A DNA stretch of 64,000 bases from Octopus vulgaris (lineage: Eukaryota): positions 55,242,001-55,306,000 of the forward strand of contig OX597819.1 in assembly GCA_951406725.2 (NCBI GenBank), read 5' to 3'. Shown here piece after piece: positions 25,156-37,422 of the stretch (position 1 is its first letter; each line of letters starts with the position of its first letter). The position numbers and the translations under genes are program-made. The notes beneath the pieces are model-generated. The model made no database searches, was not told where the DNA came from, and saw only the letters and a program-made list of their open reading frames with translations.

Positions 25156-26009
25156 TGCTTGCAATCTCTACACAACAGCAGCATTCGGAAAGAAAGGTAT
25201 AGTGGGAGCAGCCATAACCCAATAAAGGTACTATATAAGATGCAGGCATGACTGTATGGTCCACAAATTTGACTCTAAATCATGTGTTTTGGGCTTCAGT
25301 TCCACTGTGCAACACCTTCAATATGTGTCGTTTGTCACAGCCTTGCGCCAGCAAAAGCCTCGTGAGCAGATTCTGAAACTGAAAAAACCCCAATTGTATG
25401 TCTATTTTTGTGTGTGTGTGTGTGTAAACTATCTCTTCTTGGATATGGAGTAATGCATGTATGTATGTGTGTGTGTGTGTGCATGCGTGTATGTGTGTGT
25501 ATGTGCCAGTGTATTATATATCTTTGTGGATGTACATTTATATATATATATATATATATGGCAAATCCAAAATGAAAATAGCAAAATAAAACAAGGAATG
25601 TCAATAGGATGTACACAGAGAATGTATTTGGTTGATGCTCGGTTTAAGATGGGGAAAAAGGATGGGGTGTGTGTGACATTTCGAGCATGGTTCTTTGTCA
25701 GAAAGAGGAAAGAGGGAAGGTCCGGAGACAAATAGTCCAAGAAAAACACGTGTGATACTGTATCTTATCACATCTGTTCATTCCTCCTGACTCAGCTTTA
25801 CTTCCCTTAGCATAGCAACACCTCTCACAATCCTACTATGGCATTACCCTATTATCTCTCTTTACTACAACACAACTATGTTGCCTGAGATACACCAATA
25901 CCTTATTTGCATATGCATATATATATATATATGACCTCGAACCCATAAGAGTAAACGGGAAACATAGAAACAGGCAGAAACAAGGAAAAAAAAAAAAAAA
26001 AAAAAAAAA

Positions 26010-26255
26010 TATCATCATCATCATCATCGTTTAACGTCCGTTTTCCGCGCTAGCACGGGTTGGACGGTTTCGACCGGGGTCTGGGGAGCAAGTGACTGCC
26101 CCAGGCTCCAGTCTAGTCTGGCAGAGTTTCTACAGCTGGATGCCCTTCCTAACGCCAACCACTCCGCGAGTGTAGTGGGTGTTTTTTACGTGCCACCTGC
26201 ACAGGTGCCAGAGGGGTCTGGCATCGGCGACGTTCGGATGGTGCTTTTTTTATGT
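26010..26255 (-). mobile_element. RTE LINE 3'-end fragment, CpG-rich (probably young)
   Basis: (cat)n-cgtttaacgtccgttttccgcgctagcacgggttggacgg..tacagctggatgcccttcctaacgccaacc. Confidence 0.8.
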
Positions 26256-26788
26256 GGGCGGGTGCAGAAATATAGGGGAGCACCAGTGGGGAGGGGTGGT
26301 TCAGAGAAATGATGACAGGTTCTAGGCAAGTAGAACGTAGGATATCAAGAGAGGGGTAATGCATGGTGAAATAGCGTATTGAAGAGGGGGTTCGAAGAGT
26401 AGACACCTATTATGGTGGTGGGAGAAGCGACATCCGGTATGGATGGAGCAAAAATATAGAGATATCCAGTATTGGTGGTGGGGGTGGGCAGGGCGGGTGC
26501 ACCGCGAATACACGATGGTTGATGAATACACGATGGTTGATGAATACACGAGAGGCGAGATGGGTAATGGATAAATTAGTTAAAATAATTAGATAGATAT
26601 AGAAATTAGTTAAAAATAGTTAGATAGATAAGAAAGCATGTATGATTGATGGGGAAGTGAAATAATAAATAAGCATTTAACTTATCTGTTAGATGAATGA
26701 ATGAATGAAAGAGCAGAAGTTTGTAGCTGCGTTATATATATATATATATATATACACATATATTTGCACATATATATATACATATATA

Positions 26789-26849
<61 letters not shown>

Positions 26850-26869
26850 TATGGTCATTATGATATACC

Positions 26870-27160
26870 ACAGTAATGGCTAGACTATCAGATGCTGTTA
26901 TACACTGCTGCTGGTCACATGGGGGCTTCCTCACATTGTTTAAACATTCAAATAATGCCACCCTGCTAGCCGGGTGGATAGTTCAACATCACCCCACTGA
27001 ATGGAACACCAGTCTGTTGGAGGGTTACCTTTTATGGCTGAGTAGACTGCAGCAACATGAAATGAAGTTCTTTTACTCAAGAACATAATGCAACTGCTGG
27101 TCTGGGAATTGAACTATCTTGCAGTTATGAATGCAACACCCTAACCATGAGGCCACACAC
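26870..27160 (-). mobile_element. SINE family F (family C head and body with a different tail)
   Basis: Reverse homologue of 30297-30585. Confidence 0.65.
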
Positions 27161-27189
27161 ACCCACATAAATGTGTGTGTGTGTGTGTG

Positions 27190-27825
27190 TATCTTTTATC
27201 TTTTATTTGTTTCAGATTGCAGCCATGCTGGGGCACTGCCTTGAAGAATTTTTTTACTGAATCAATGACCCCAGTACTTATTTTTTACCAAGCCTAGTAC
27301 TTATTCTGTAGATCTCTTTTGCTGAACCACTAAGTAACAGGGATGTAAATAAACCAACACCAGTGGTAGAGGACAAGCCCAGATACAAAGACACACACAT
27401 GTACACATATACTTTTCTATATCATGAACTTCTTTCGGTTTCCATCTACCAAATCCACACAAGGCTTTGGTCAGCCCAAAGCAATTATAGAAAACACTTG
27501 CCAAGGGAAAGGCAAAGACCGATACAGTTTGGCACCAGTGATGCTACAACTCATTTCTACTGTTGAGTGAACTGGAGCAATGTGAAATAAAGTGTCTTGC
27601 TCAAGAACACAACACACAACCTGGTCCGGGAATTGAACTCACTACCTCATGATTGTGAGCCTGATGCTCTAACTACTGAGCCACAAGAAGCTTGCTTCCC
27701 AACCACATGGTTCTGGGTTCAGTTCCACTGTGTGTCTCCTTGGGCAAGTGTCTACAATAGCCTTGGGCCGACCAAAGCCTTGTGAGTGGATTTGGTAGAT
27801 GGAAACTGAAAGAAACCCATCATAT
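27190..27825. mobile_element. SINE stack: A (minus, 27190-27505), D head (minus, 27505-27683), A head (plus, 27684-27825)
   Basis: Each block aligns with other copies in the window. Confidence 0.8.
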
Positions 27826-27881
27826 ATATATATATATATACATAACAGCAAATATATATATATTATATTATATATATATAT

Positions 27882-28265
27882 TTGCTGTTATGTTAAATTG
27901 CCATATGTCCAAATTTGACCAAATGTGATTTTTTGTCAGTATTTAATTTTGCTTGCAGTAGTTGGTTGTTTTGGTCAAACTATTGCATCTCCAGCTGCTT
28001 TAGATGAAAATTGTCAAAGTGTAGTACAACGGCCTAGCATTTTTCAAAAGTGTAGTAAGTCCCACATACAACAGTTTTGCAAAAAATATTTCTAAACCAA
28101 AAAAAAATCATACATGCATGGAGTTACAATTTTACGCACCCAACAATGTATAATTGTTAAGCTGAAACTGCTGCTAATGTAAAAAGAAATGGAATGGTGA
28201 AACTATTTGTTTCGTTTTCTGAAAAAGCAATGTTTTGGACTTACGACACTTCTGCATAATAGCAA
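27882..28265. mobile_element. Degenerate TIR element (MITE) within (TA)n
   Basis: 27882-27913 ttgctgttatgttaaattgccatatgtccaaa matches the reverse complement of 28234-28265 at 24/32. TA repeats flank both sides. Confidence 0.6.
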
Positions 28266-28284
28266 TGATATATATATATATATA

Positions 28285-28668
28285 TCTATATATATATATA
28301 TATATATATATCTATATATATGTCTGTGTGTGTTTCTGTGTGTCTGTTAGGTTGTACCCTCACCCTGACCACGGCTTTCAACCGATTCTGATGAAACTTG
28401 ACACACACATAGCCCAATGTCATAATTCAAAACTAACGCAGCGAAAATTTTGAAAGGTTCCCCCAGTTCTGAAAAAAATCGATAAATTCGACATGGGGTC
28501 GAGAATCAGAAACACAAACCACAGACTGTCTAGGGGACGCAACTCGACCTTTTTAACTAAAAAAAAAATTTACCATCATTTTTTTTCCAATTTTTGGCTA
28601 TAACTCTCTAAAAATGCTTTATAGTTATTTCCCTTACAAACCCGAGCAACGCCGGGCGATACTGCTAG
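28285..28668 (+). mobile_element. Non-autonomous Helitron
   Basis: 5' A|TC start (28285 or 28311), subterminal motif aaccgattctgatgaaacttgacacac, 3' GC hairpin cccgagcaacgccggg (28641-28656), then a CTAG|T terminus at 28665-28668. Confidence 0.85.
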
Positions 28669-28837
28669 TATATATATAAATACACACACACACACATACA
28701 CACAAAACCTTGGCATGTCACCCTTTGCTTTATATAGTTACATGTCTTGTGTATATATCACACATCCTGTAAATTCACTTGTAATGCATTTTGTAAGCAT
28801 GAATGGTCTTCAGTGGCAAATTAATGAGCAGATCATC

Positions 28838-28839
28838 AC

Positions 28840-28875
<36 letters not shown>

Positions 28876-28877
28876 CA

Positions 28878-28920
<43 letters not shown>

Positions 28921-28933
28921 CATCATTATCATA

Positions 28934-28983
<50 letters not shown>

Positions 28984-28988
28984 CATTA
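28838..28988. repeat. (ATT/ATC)n microsatellite, about 150 bp
   Basis: Direct inspection. It is the source of the poly-Ile ORFs. Confidence 0.95.
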
Positions 28989-29734
28989 CCATTCCGCTTC
29001 GGTCGACTTTGCCTTTCATCCTTTCGGGGTCGATAATCAACTCATCCCTCTGGATTGATGTAATCGACTCATCCCCTCCCCCAAAATGGCAAAATTTGAA
29101 ACTGCTACCACTGCCACCGCCGCCACCACCACCACCACCACCACCACCACCACAACTTGAATGAATTCAAAGCACCAAACATTACCATTTAAAAGTTCAT
29201 TATTCTGCACATACCAATTGGTTGTTGTTATATATTGCTGGTGATTGCTTAGATCTCAACAATATGAGCGCACAAACACACACACACACACACATACACA
29301 CACACACACACATACACACACACAAACAAACAAACACACACACACACATACATACACACACAAACACACACACACAAAGAGTGCATGAAAAACAATTAAC
29401 TAAAAGTGAAACACACATTAAGCAAGTATGCAGTGTGATTCCAAATAAAAGATAAGAAATGGTTGCAGAAAGTACTTATGTATTTTGGCAAGAGTTCATA
29501 ATTTGTAGTGTTTATTTGGTTGAAATATTTAACAGTGCAGACATCCATTTTGTTCCATGTGATTCCAAAGATTGAAAATAAAAATTTTTTTAAATTATTT
29601 CAAAAAATCCATCATTAAATGTTTTTCTTGTTTGTTTCATTGTTTGTTAATTTATTTGTTTCTTTGTTTTTTGTTTTTCTTTTTTTAGCTCAAAATGTTT
29701 AAAGAATCTGAAGCAATCTAAATCATAATTGTCT

Positions 29735-30110
29735 TTTATCTGTCTTAGTCATTGGACTGTGGCTATGCTGGGGCACCGTCTTCGAGGGCTTTAAGTGAAA
29801 CAAACTGACCCCAATTTTTTTTTCTTTTTGTTTTTTTTGTTTTAAGTTTAGAACTAATTATATCAGTTCCTTTGCTGAATCACTAAGTTACAGGGACAAA
29901 AATAAACCAACACCCGCTGTCAAGAAGAGGCAGGAGGGTGACTAACACAGGCACAAACACACACATATCACATGATGGGCTTCCACAGAGTTTCCATCCA
30001 CTAAATTCACTTACAAGCCATTGGTCAGTTCAAGTCTATAGTAGAAGATACTTGCCTAAGGTATCATGCAGTGGGATTGAACCTGAAACCACTTGGTTGC
30101 AAAGCAAGCT
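29735..30110 (-). mobile_element. SINE family A, diverged
   Basis: Reverse complement of the family A tail, body and most of the head. Confidence 0.8.
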
Positions 30111-30248
30111 CTGTTAATGTGTGCAATACTATCTACCTGTGCACATGCATATATGAGAGATACAAATGAGAGATAAGAATTATGTTATTATAAGGCAGGG
30201 GGCTTACGAAGCCATAACTTAGCCCAGAAAGATTAAGCTGATGACAGA

Positions 30249-30280
<32 letters not shown>

Positions 30281-30296
30281 TGTTTGTGTGTGTGTG

Positions 30297-30585
30297 TGAG
30301 GACGCATGGTGCAGCAGTTAGGGTGTTACACCCACAGTTGCAAGATCATGGTTTCAATTCCCAGAGAGGTAGTACATTGAGTTCTTGAGCAAAATATTTC
30401 ATTTCACATTACTCCAGTCCACTCGGCTAACCTTGAGATGGACTGGCTTTTTGTCCAGAGGGAATGTTGACCTGCCCACCTAGCCAATAGGGTGACATCA
30501 TTCAAAAGTTACGACAACGTGAAGAAGCACATTGTAACTAGCAGTGTATAGCAGCATCTGATAGTCTGACTGATACAGTGATATA
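30297..30585 (+). mobile_element. SINE family F
   Basis: tRNA-like head, ttcttgagcaaaatatttcatttcac, gatggactggc, then tail ..gtgtatagcagcatctgatagtct shared with 26870-27160. Confidence 0.7.
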
Positions 30586-30591
30586 TATAGG

Positions 30592-30765
30592 ATCTCATGG
30601 AAGATCTTAGAAAAACTGGGACCCACATCAATGGGAGCAAATGTTCTAAGCTGTGCATAGCTGAACAGGTGAGGATATAAAAGAACTCCCTTGACCTGGG
30701 TAACATCCTAAATTCCAGGACTGAAGTCTTCAGACCCTGCTTTACACTTCAGGAGATTCCTACTG
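30592..30765 (+). pseudogene. Penelope-like retroelement ORF remnant (C-terminal end of the GIY-YIG endonuclease region)
   Basis: With two frameshifts and one stop it reads ISWKILEKLGP/INGSKCSKLCIAEQVRI*KNSLDLGNILNSRTEVFRPC/HFRRFLL. This resembles the PLE tail pattern I.W.I....PY.N....C.LC..EK..I....LN.R.E...C.H...FLL (recalled). Confidence 0.6.
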
Positions 30766-30949
30766 AAGTCCTGGGACTCACAAGTCAACAAACCAACTAC
30801 AAATAGCAGTCCAAGGGAGACAAGCCCTTGCACTTAACATCCAACAAGATTTTTTCTCCCTCTACTTTGAAGAGGAGTTATAGGGCACTGGACATTGGGG
30901 TTTGAAGGAACACTGTAAAACCAAGCGATTTATAAATGTGAATTTAGAG

Positions 30950-31388
30950 CAGTGTTTCTCAACCTTTTTACCCATGTGCAACCCTTAAAATAAATTACAT
31001 GTCCCAAGGAACCCCTGCACGAAAAAATTATATACTATGTTTTTCTCATATTTTTTCATTGTATTTCACATGGTAAATACAGAACACCACACTTGGTTGG
31101 CAATTATATGTCACAATTCCGTACTACTACTGTTTACATCTCACTCAGAGATTTAATATAGCTATATTAACATAGCTAGATTTAATATATATATGTGGTT
31201 ATATTTTTTGATAACATAATAAGTTTAGATAGGATGATGTCTATATTACAATAACCAATATGTTGTGCATGTATAGTAATGTTACAATCATGAAATTAGC
31301 ATTAGCTTATCTCACTCTTTCTTGCAGAACCCCTGGGAACCTTTTGTGGAACCCTAGGAATCTGGGGAACCCTAGCTGAGAAACGCCG
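30950..31388. mobile_element. hAT (Charlie-type) MITE with 8-bp TSD
   Basis: TIRs cagtgtttctcaac and gctgagaaacgccg; TSD atttagag (30942-30949) and acttagag (31389-31396); subterminal ggaaccc repeats. Confidence 0.9.
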
Positions 31389-31459
31389 ACTTAGAGTGTG
31401 CTTCTATTTTGGGTTCATGATTTACCGATGGTATATCAAATCAAATGGAAATTGTAGTT

Positions 31460-31862
31460 GTGGCCCCCATGCTGGTAGCACGTAAAAAGCACCAACCGAA
31501 TGTGGCCAATGCCAGTGCCGCTTTGACTGGCTTCCATGCTGGTGGAATGTTAAAAGCACCATCTGATTGTGGGTGAGCCAGTTCCTCTGGCCTCTGTACC
31601 AGTGGCACATAAAAAGCACCCACTACACTCTCAGAGTGGTTGGTGTTAGGAAGGGCATCCAGCTGTAGAAACACTGCCAGATCAGATTGGGGCCTGGTAC
31701 AGCCTCCTGGCTTCCCAGACCCCAGTCGAACCGTCCAACCCATGCCAGCATGGAAAACGGATGTTAAACGATGATGGTGATGATATATAAATACCAACCC
31801 ATGCTAGCATGGAAAGCAGACATTAAACGATGATGATGATGATGATGATAATGATGATGATG
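31460..31862 (+). mobile_element. RTE 3'-end fragment with repeated internal module and a doubled tail
   Basis: taaaaagcacc module occurs three times. The ccaacccatgc.agcatggaaa..(gat)n tail occurs at about 31735-31785 and again at about 31794-31862. Confidence 0.8.
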
Positions 31863-32045
31863 ATCACACACACACACACACATGCAAACTTCTCCGAGAT
31901 GGCACAGAGTGGTGGCAATGCTGGTCACAATGACAACAACAGTGATGATGATGATGATTGATGAATCTATTTAAAGATATTAATAGGAATCATGAGATTT
32001 TTACTTTAAAAAATTTTTAAAAACATAAAAAACAAATCATCATCA

Positions 32046-32083
<38 letters not shown>

Positions 32084-32488
32084 TCCCAGCTATCTGTGTG
32101 ATTTACTCTATTTTTACAAAGTATGTGGTCTGATTTCCTTGTCATAAATAAACTTCTGGATAGAGAATTTCTGGAAAAAATACACGAATATACCAACACT
32201 GCACCCTCTCCCACCATGGCTGTTTCTGAGGTTTATGTCCATCACAGCACATTGCCAGGCTGTGCGAGTGTGTGCATGTGTGTGTGTGTGTGTGTATGTG
32301 TGTGTGTGTGTGAGAGTGTGTGTGTATGTGCGTGTGTGTGAGAGCATTTTATTTAATGAAAAATAGTATTTAAATATACCCAAGCACAAAAACCCACACT
32401 CACATATGCACATATATATATACATGCACATATATACACACATGTATATACATATCCATACACACACATGGATATAATACATGCACAT

Positions 32489-32519
<31 letters not shown>

Positions 32520-32934
32520 CATACAAACACAGACACACACATGCACATACATACATATACATCCACACACATGCATATATATGTGTGTGTGTGTCTGTAG
32601 TTACACAAACACACACACAACTACATATATACATATACACTTCATACATACACATGTATACACACACACCTATACAAACATATAAACACATATATATATA
32701 TACACATACATACACTCACAAACACAAGTGAACGGAAAAAGGAAAGATGGAGAGGGGACACTCCTAGCCACCATCCTCCAGAGAGAGAGAGACAGACAGA
32801 CAGAGACAGAGAGAGAGAAAGGAGAGAGGGAGAAACAGAGAGACAGGCAGACAGGCAAACAGAGGGACAGACAGAGGGGTAGAGGTAGAGATGAGAAGAT
32901 GGAAGGGGACATTTAAGTGAGTAGAAGAGAGGAT

Positions 32935-32937
<3 letters not shown>

Positions 32938-33016
<79 letters not shown>
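32938..33016. repeat. Pure (TG)n microsatellite
   Basis: Direct inspection. Confidence 0.95.
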
Positions 33017-33028
<12 letters not shown>

Positions 33029-33307
33029 CTTGTTCATGTGTGCATATGTATATATGATTGTTAACAGCTGGGTAGAACTGAAAGATAGCAAAGACAGTAA
33101 AGACAAGATATGTATTTCACTGGATTTAGATAATTGTCTGAAGCAAAGCATTCCTGTTGACACATTAACAGATAAATTCTTTTTTAAAATAATAATAAAT
33201 AAATGAATCAGAATAACATAAAATAAAATTTGAAAAATAAAATGAAAAAAATTTAATCAAATTAGAATAAACAATAATAAACAATAATAAATATTTGAGC
33301 GAGGTAT

Positions 33308-33405
33308 AATAGCCAGCAAGAGGAGGTGTCCTCCTGGGGCTAAAAGCTACAGTAGCATCCACCCTTAAAGGTTAGCCACATTTAAGTGGCAAATATACTT
33401 CACAA
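33308..33405 (-). mobile_element. Solo end of the 4279-4643 TIR element family
   Basis: Reverse complement of about 4279-4375 (cctggggctaaaagctacagtagcatccaccctta..ggttagccacatttaagtggcaaatatacttcaca). Confidence 0.8.
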
Positions 33406-33454
33406 ATTAGAATAATTTGCCAGCTATTTCCAGTTTTGCAAAAATATATATAAC

Positions 33455-33652
33455 TTTTATCTTTTACTTGTTCTATTCATTTTAGACTGGCCATGCTGGG
33501 GCACCAGCTTGAGGAATTTCTGTCAAACAAATTGATCCCAGAACATATTGGTCTCTTTTGCAGAAACACTAAATTAAGGAAATGTAAACACACCAGCAGC
33601 AGTCGTCAAGCTGTGGTGGGGAACAAAGACAGACACAAAGATACACACTAAC

Positions 33653-33719
<67 letters not shown>

Positions 33720-33870
33720 CGACGGGCTTCTATCATTTTCCCTCTATCAAATTCACTCACAAGGTTTTGGTTTGTCCGAGGTTGTAGAAGATACCTGCCG
33801 AAAGTGCCAAGTAGGATTGAACTTAGAACCATGTGGTCAGGAACCAAGCTTCTTACCACAGTAACACCAG
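33455..33870 (-). mobile_element. SINE family A with internal (CA)n
   Basis: Reverse complement of family A. Confidence 0.8.
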
Positions 33871-33931
33871 CGTCTATGTGAATCGTTGGCAATTTTTTTC
33901 CTCCGTCTTCCTTTTCTATTGGACTTTCCTC

Positions 33932-33967
33932 TTTTTCTGAAGAAGAGCTTTGCTTGAAACATTAAAC
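33932..33967 (+). ncRNA. Minimal type I hammerhead ribozyme motif (Penelope pLTR type), slightly decayed
   Basis: ttttt-CTGAAGA-a-gagc-ttt-gctt-GAAA-cat-TA-aa gives the CUGANGA core, a short stem II, GAAA, a minimal stem III, a UH site and a weak U/A stem I. Confidence 0.6.
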
Positions 33968-34051
33968 CACCTTTCTTTCCTTCCCTGAGCGTCTGCTAAT
34001 ACTTTACATGTACCATGTCCTCATGTTGTTGTTTTCTTGGGATTTACTATA

Positions 34052-34398
34052 TATCATCATCATCATCATCATCGTTTAGCGTCCGTTTTCCATGCTAGCA
34101 TGGGTTGGACGGTTCTACTGGGGTCTGTGAAGCCAGAAGGCTTCATCAGGCCCAGTCAAATCTGGCAGTGTTTCTACGGCTGGATGCCTTTCCTAACGCC
34201 AACCACTCTGTGAGTGTAGTGGGTGCTTTTTTACGTGCCACCCGCACTGGTGCCAGACAGAGCTGGCAAACGGCCATGAACGGATGGTGCTTTTTATGTG
34301 CCACCGGCACGAGGACCAGGCGAGGCTGGCAATGGACACGAAACGGGGCGGTGCTGGCAACGGTCGCGAAACGGAAAGTTCTCTTACATGCCACCGGA
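34052..34398 (-). mobile_element. RTE 3'-end fragment with tandem internal modules
   Basis: (cat)n-cgtttagcgtccgttttccatgctagcatgggttgg..., with gtgccacc.gcac modules repeated. Confidence 0.8.
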
Positions 34399-35139
34399 TA
34401 TATATATATATATACACATACACACACACACAAATAAAATTTAAATGTTGAAATGAATCTAATGGTTTTTGTGTGTTTTTAAATGGCTTATAAACACATT
34501 CCATGCAGCAATTGTTTTTGTTTCAGCACAAAATTTCAGATCAAAATTTCATCTACGTAATGTGTACATATATATATGGTAAGAGTTAAAATGAACAGGA
34601 AAAAAATAATATTAAAAGTAGTTAACCAGTTATTTCTAACTCTGCAAATATATATTTATGGAAGAGTTGAAAAAAAAAAAATATGGCAGTGAGTGTGCAG
34701 GATGGAGAGTCAGAGACAGGATGAAGGATGTGCATGGTAGAACTGTTTCTGGTGGTGTTGAGTTCTCTATCCACCCCCATTTGCAACAAAAATTCATCAC
34801 AAAGACTTTTAAAGTTGTTGATAATGAAAACTTTCTTAAAGTTTGGAGTTATTTTATCTCTCAGTGAAATGCAGCAAGATACGGGTGGCTAGCTAAGGCA
34901 GTAAAACATTCTACTAGAAGTTGTTAGGATGGCAGCGGTAGCAGTGGTGGCGGTGGCGGCACCGTCACCTCCTCCTCCTCCTTCTTCTTCTTCTTCTTCT
35001 TCTTCTTCTTCTTCTTCTTCTTCAGCTTCCAGGTCAACCCTGATTAAGCAGAACTGTGATCTAAGACATTCCATTCATGGCTAACCTGATTTTTTTCTTT
35101 TTTTTTTTTTTGTGTTTTCGTGCATATCTTCAACTACAC

Positions 35140-35480
35140 GGGAATAGCTCTGTGGTTAAGAAGCTTATTTTTTAAACCACTTGGTTTTGGGTTCAGTCCC
35201 ACCATGAGGTGTCTTCTATTATAGCCCCAGGACAAACAATGCCTTGTAAATGAACTTGGTACATGGAAACTGTACTGAAGCCAGTAGTATAGATATATTT
35301 GCATGTTTGTGTGTTTTTGTATTTGTGTTCATAACTCTCACCTCTTGACACCCAGTGTTGGTTTGTTCATGTTCCCATAATTTAGCAGTTTGGGAAAAGG
35401 GGCCAATAGAATAAGTACCAGACTTTAGAAATTGAAGCATAAATACTGGGATCAACTTATTTGACTAAAACCTTTCAAAA
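35140..35480 (+). mobile_element. SINE family A, diverged
   Basis: Head, body and most of the tail are recognisable. Confidence 0.75.
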
Positions 35481-35995
35481 ACTTTGGTCAACCAGGGGCT
35501 GTTGTAGAAGACACTTACTCAAGGGGTGATCAGTTTTTCTCCCAGAATCAGCAATGCTGAATTATGACAACTTCATGGTAAGCCAACCACAACATCTTTT
35601 TCTATGGAAATGGAAAAGGCATAGGTGAGGGACTAACAATCTCCTTGCATATAAAAAGTAATGGGCTATAAGGCCTTTCCAAAGATGGACCAATGTGCAA
35701 AAGTGTACGGGGCAGAAATATGAAGGGAATTTGGTTGCTATTTCTAGCAGGTCATATTACCACCTACAGGATAGCTTGTAGGCTTTGTATCTAGTTTCAT
35801 TCCTTGCTGCTCTTAGTCCCAGGCCCGCAAGGATTAGCGTTACATTTATTTCATCCTTCCAGGATTCAGAGGAGATGGGGTCATGTGGAGGGTGAGGGGG
35901 CTCTCTAAAAATAAATATCAGCAAAATACTGTAATGCATTCCTTTGACAATACAGAGCCCCCTACAAACTATACATATATATGTATATATATATA

Positions 35996-36111
<116 letters not shown>

Positions 36112-36892
36112 CACATACACATACAGATAAATAAAATAAATATCGAAAGGGAAAAAAATTAGAAAATAAACAAATGGAGTCTTGTGCCAAATCTAAAGAA
36201 ATCACTGACGCTATCTTAGCACTGGTTACTATTAGAAACGCTCACATTCAGATGGAATATTTTAGTAACAGCTGGGATTACATGTAAATCACCCATGCTG
36301 GCTGTTGGTGGAATTATTACTTTGCAAGGAAGCATATGTAAATGAAAAGAATGACTTGGAATATTGAATTCTATATTATGGCCAATGAAACTGGCAGTGC
36401 CTGGTATTAAGCAGTTCTGTAATGACTGAATATAATTTTGTAAATGGTAATGCAGGAATATTTTCATGTCATTTCTTCTTCTTCTTCTTCACCACCACCA
36501 CTGCCGCCACCACCGCCGCCACCACCACCACACCTCCACCACCACCACCATCATCATCATCATCAGTTTAATGAATGTCCACTTTCCCATTGGTGGTGCA
36601 TGAATCAAATGGAATTCATTGAAACAGATTTACGATGGTAAGGTGCTCTTTCTGTCACCAACCCTTGCCTATTTTCCAGTAAGGTAATGATTTTCTAATC
36701 TACCAAAGAACAAAACGACCCAGACACAGTTACAAACAATTTTTTTTTTTTTGGCAAATATTGTGCAACACATCTTGACATGTCCAGAAGCCCAGACATG
36801 CTTTCATGTTTGACTGCAAGCTAATGTCACTACCTGTAGAGAAAGCAAGGCTGTTTGTTTATTTACAGTCAGCAAACACATATAAAGACATC

Positions 36893-37185
36893 ATCATGAG
36901 TTGGATGGTTTGACTGAGGGCTGGCAAACCATATAGCTGCACCAGGCTTCAATCTTGATCTGGCAGAGTTTCTACAGCTGGATGCCCTTCCTAACGCCAA
37001 CCACTCCAAGAATGTAGTGGGTGCTTTTACGTGCCACCGGCACGGGGGCCAGTCAGGTGGTACTGGCAATGACCTCGCTCTAATCTTTTTACACATGTCA
37101 CTGGCACAGGTGCCAGTAAGGCGATGCTGGTAACGATCACGCTCGAATGGTGCCTTTTACATGCCACCGGCATGGAAGCCAGTAC
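36893..37185 (-). mobile_element. RTE 3'-end fragment
   Basis: tacagctggatgcccttcctaacgccaaccactcc plus repeated modules. Confidence 0.8.
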
Positions 37186-37224
37186 AAGGGGACACACACA
37201 CACAAACACATCATCATCATCATT

Positions 37225-37420
37225 TAAACTTTTTGATACCGACCCACACCTCAGACTGCTCCTAGATCTATGACAAAAATTTCCTGTTAGAAAGTGATCT
37301 AAGTTTCATGTTAATTTATGTTGCAGATACCAGTTTATTAACAACACAGTTATTTTAGTGAATTCTTTGTTACTTTTCAAAATTAATTGGAACAGAGGCA
37401 GTGCATTTCAACAGAAATAG
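37225..37420. mobile_element. Degenerate MITE fragment, possibly piggyBac-like; homologous to about 24065-24172
   Basis: Shares caaca.agttatttta.t.aattct..ttact.ttcaaaattaattg.aaca with the 24065 copy. That copy ends aaagggttag, and this one starts ttaaactttttg. Confidence 0.4.
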
Positions 37421-37422
37421 AC

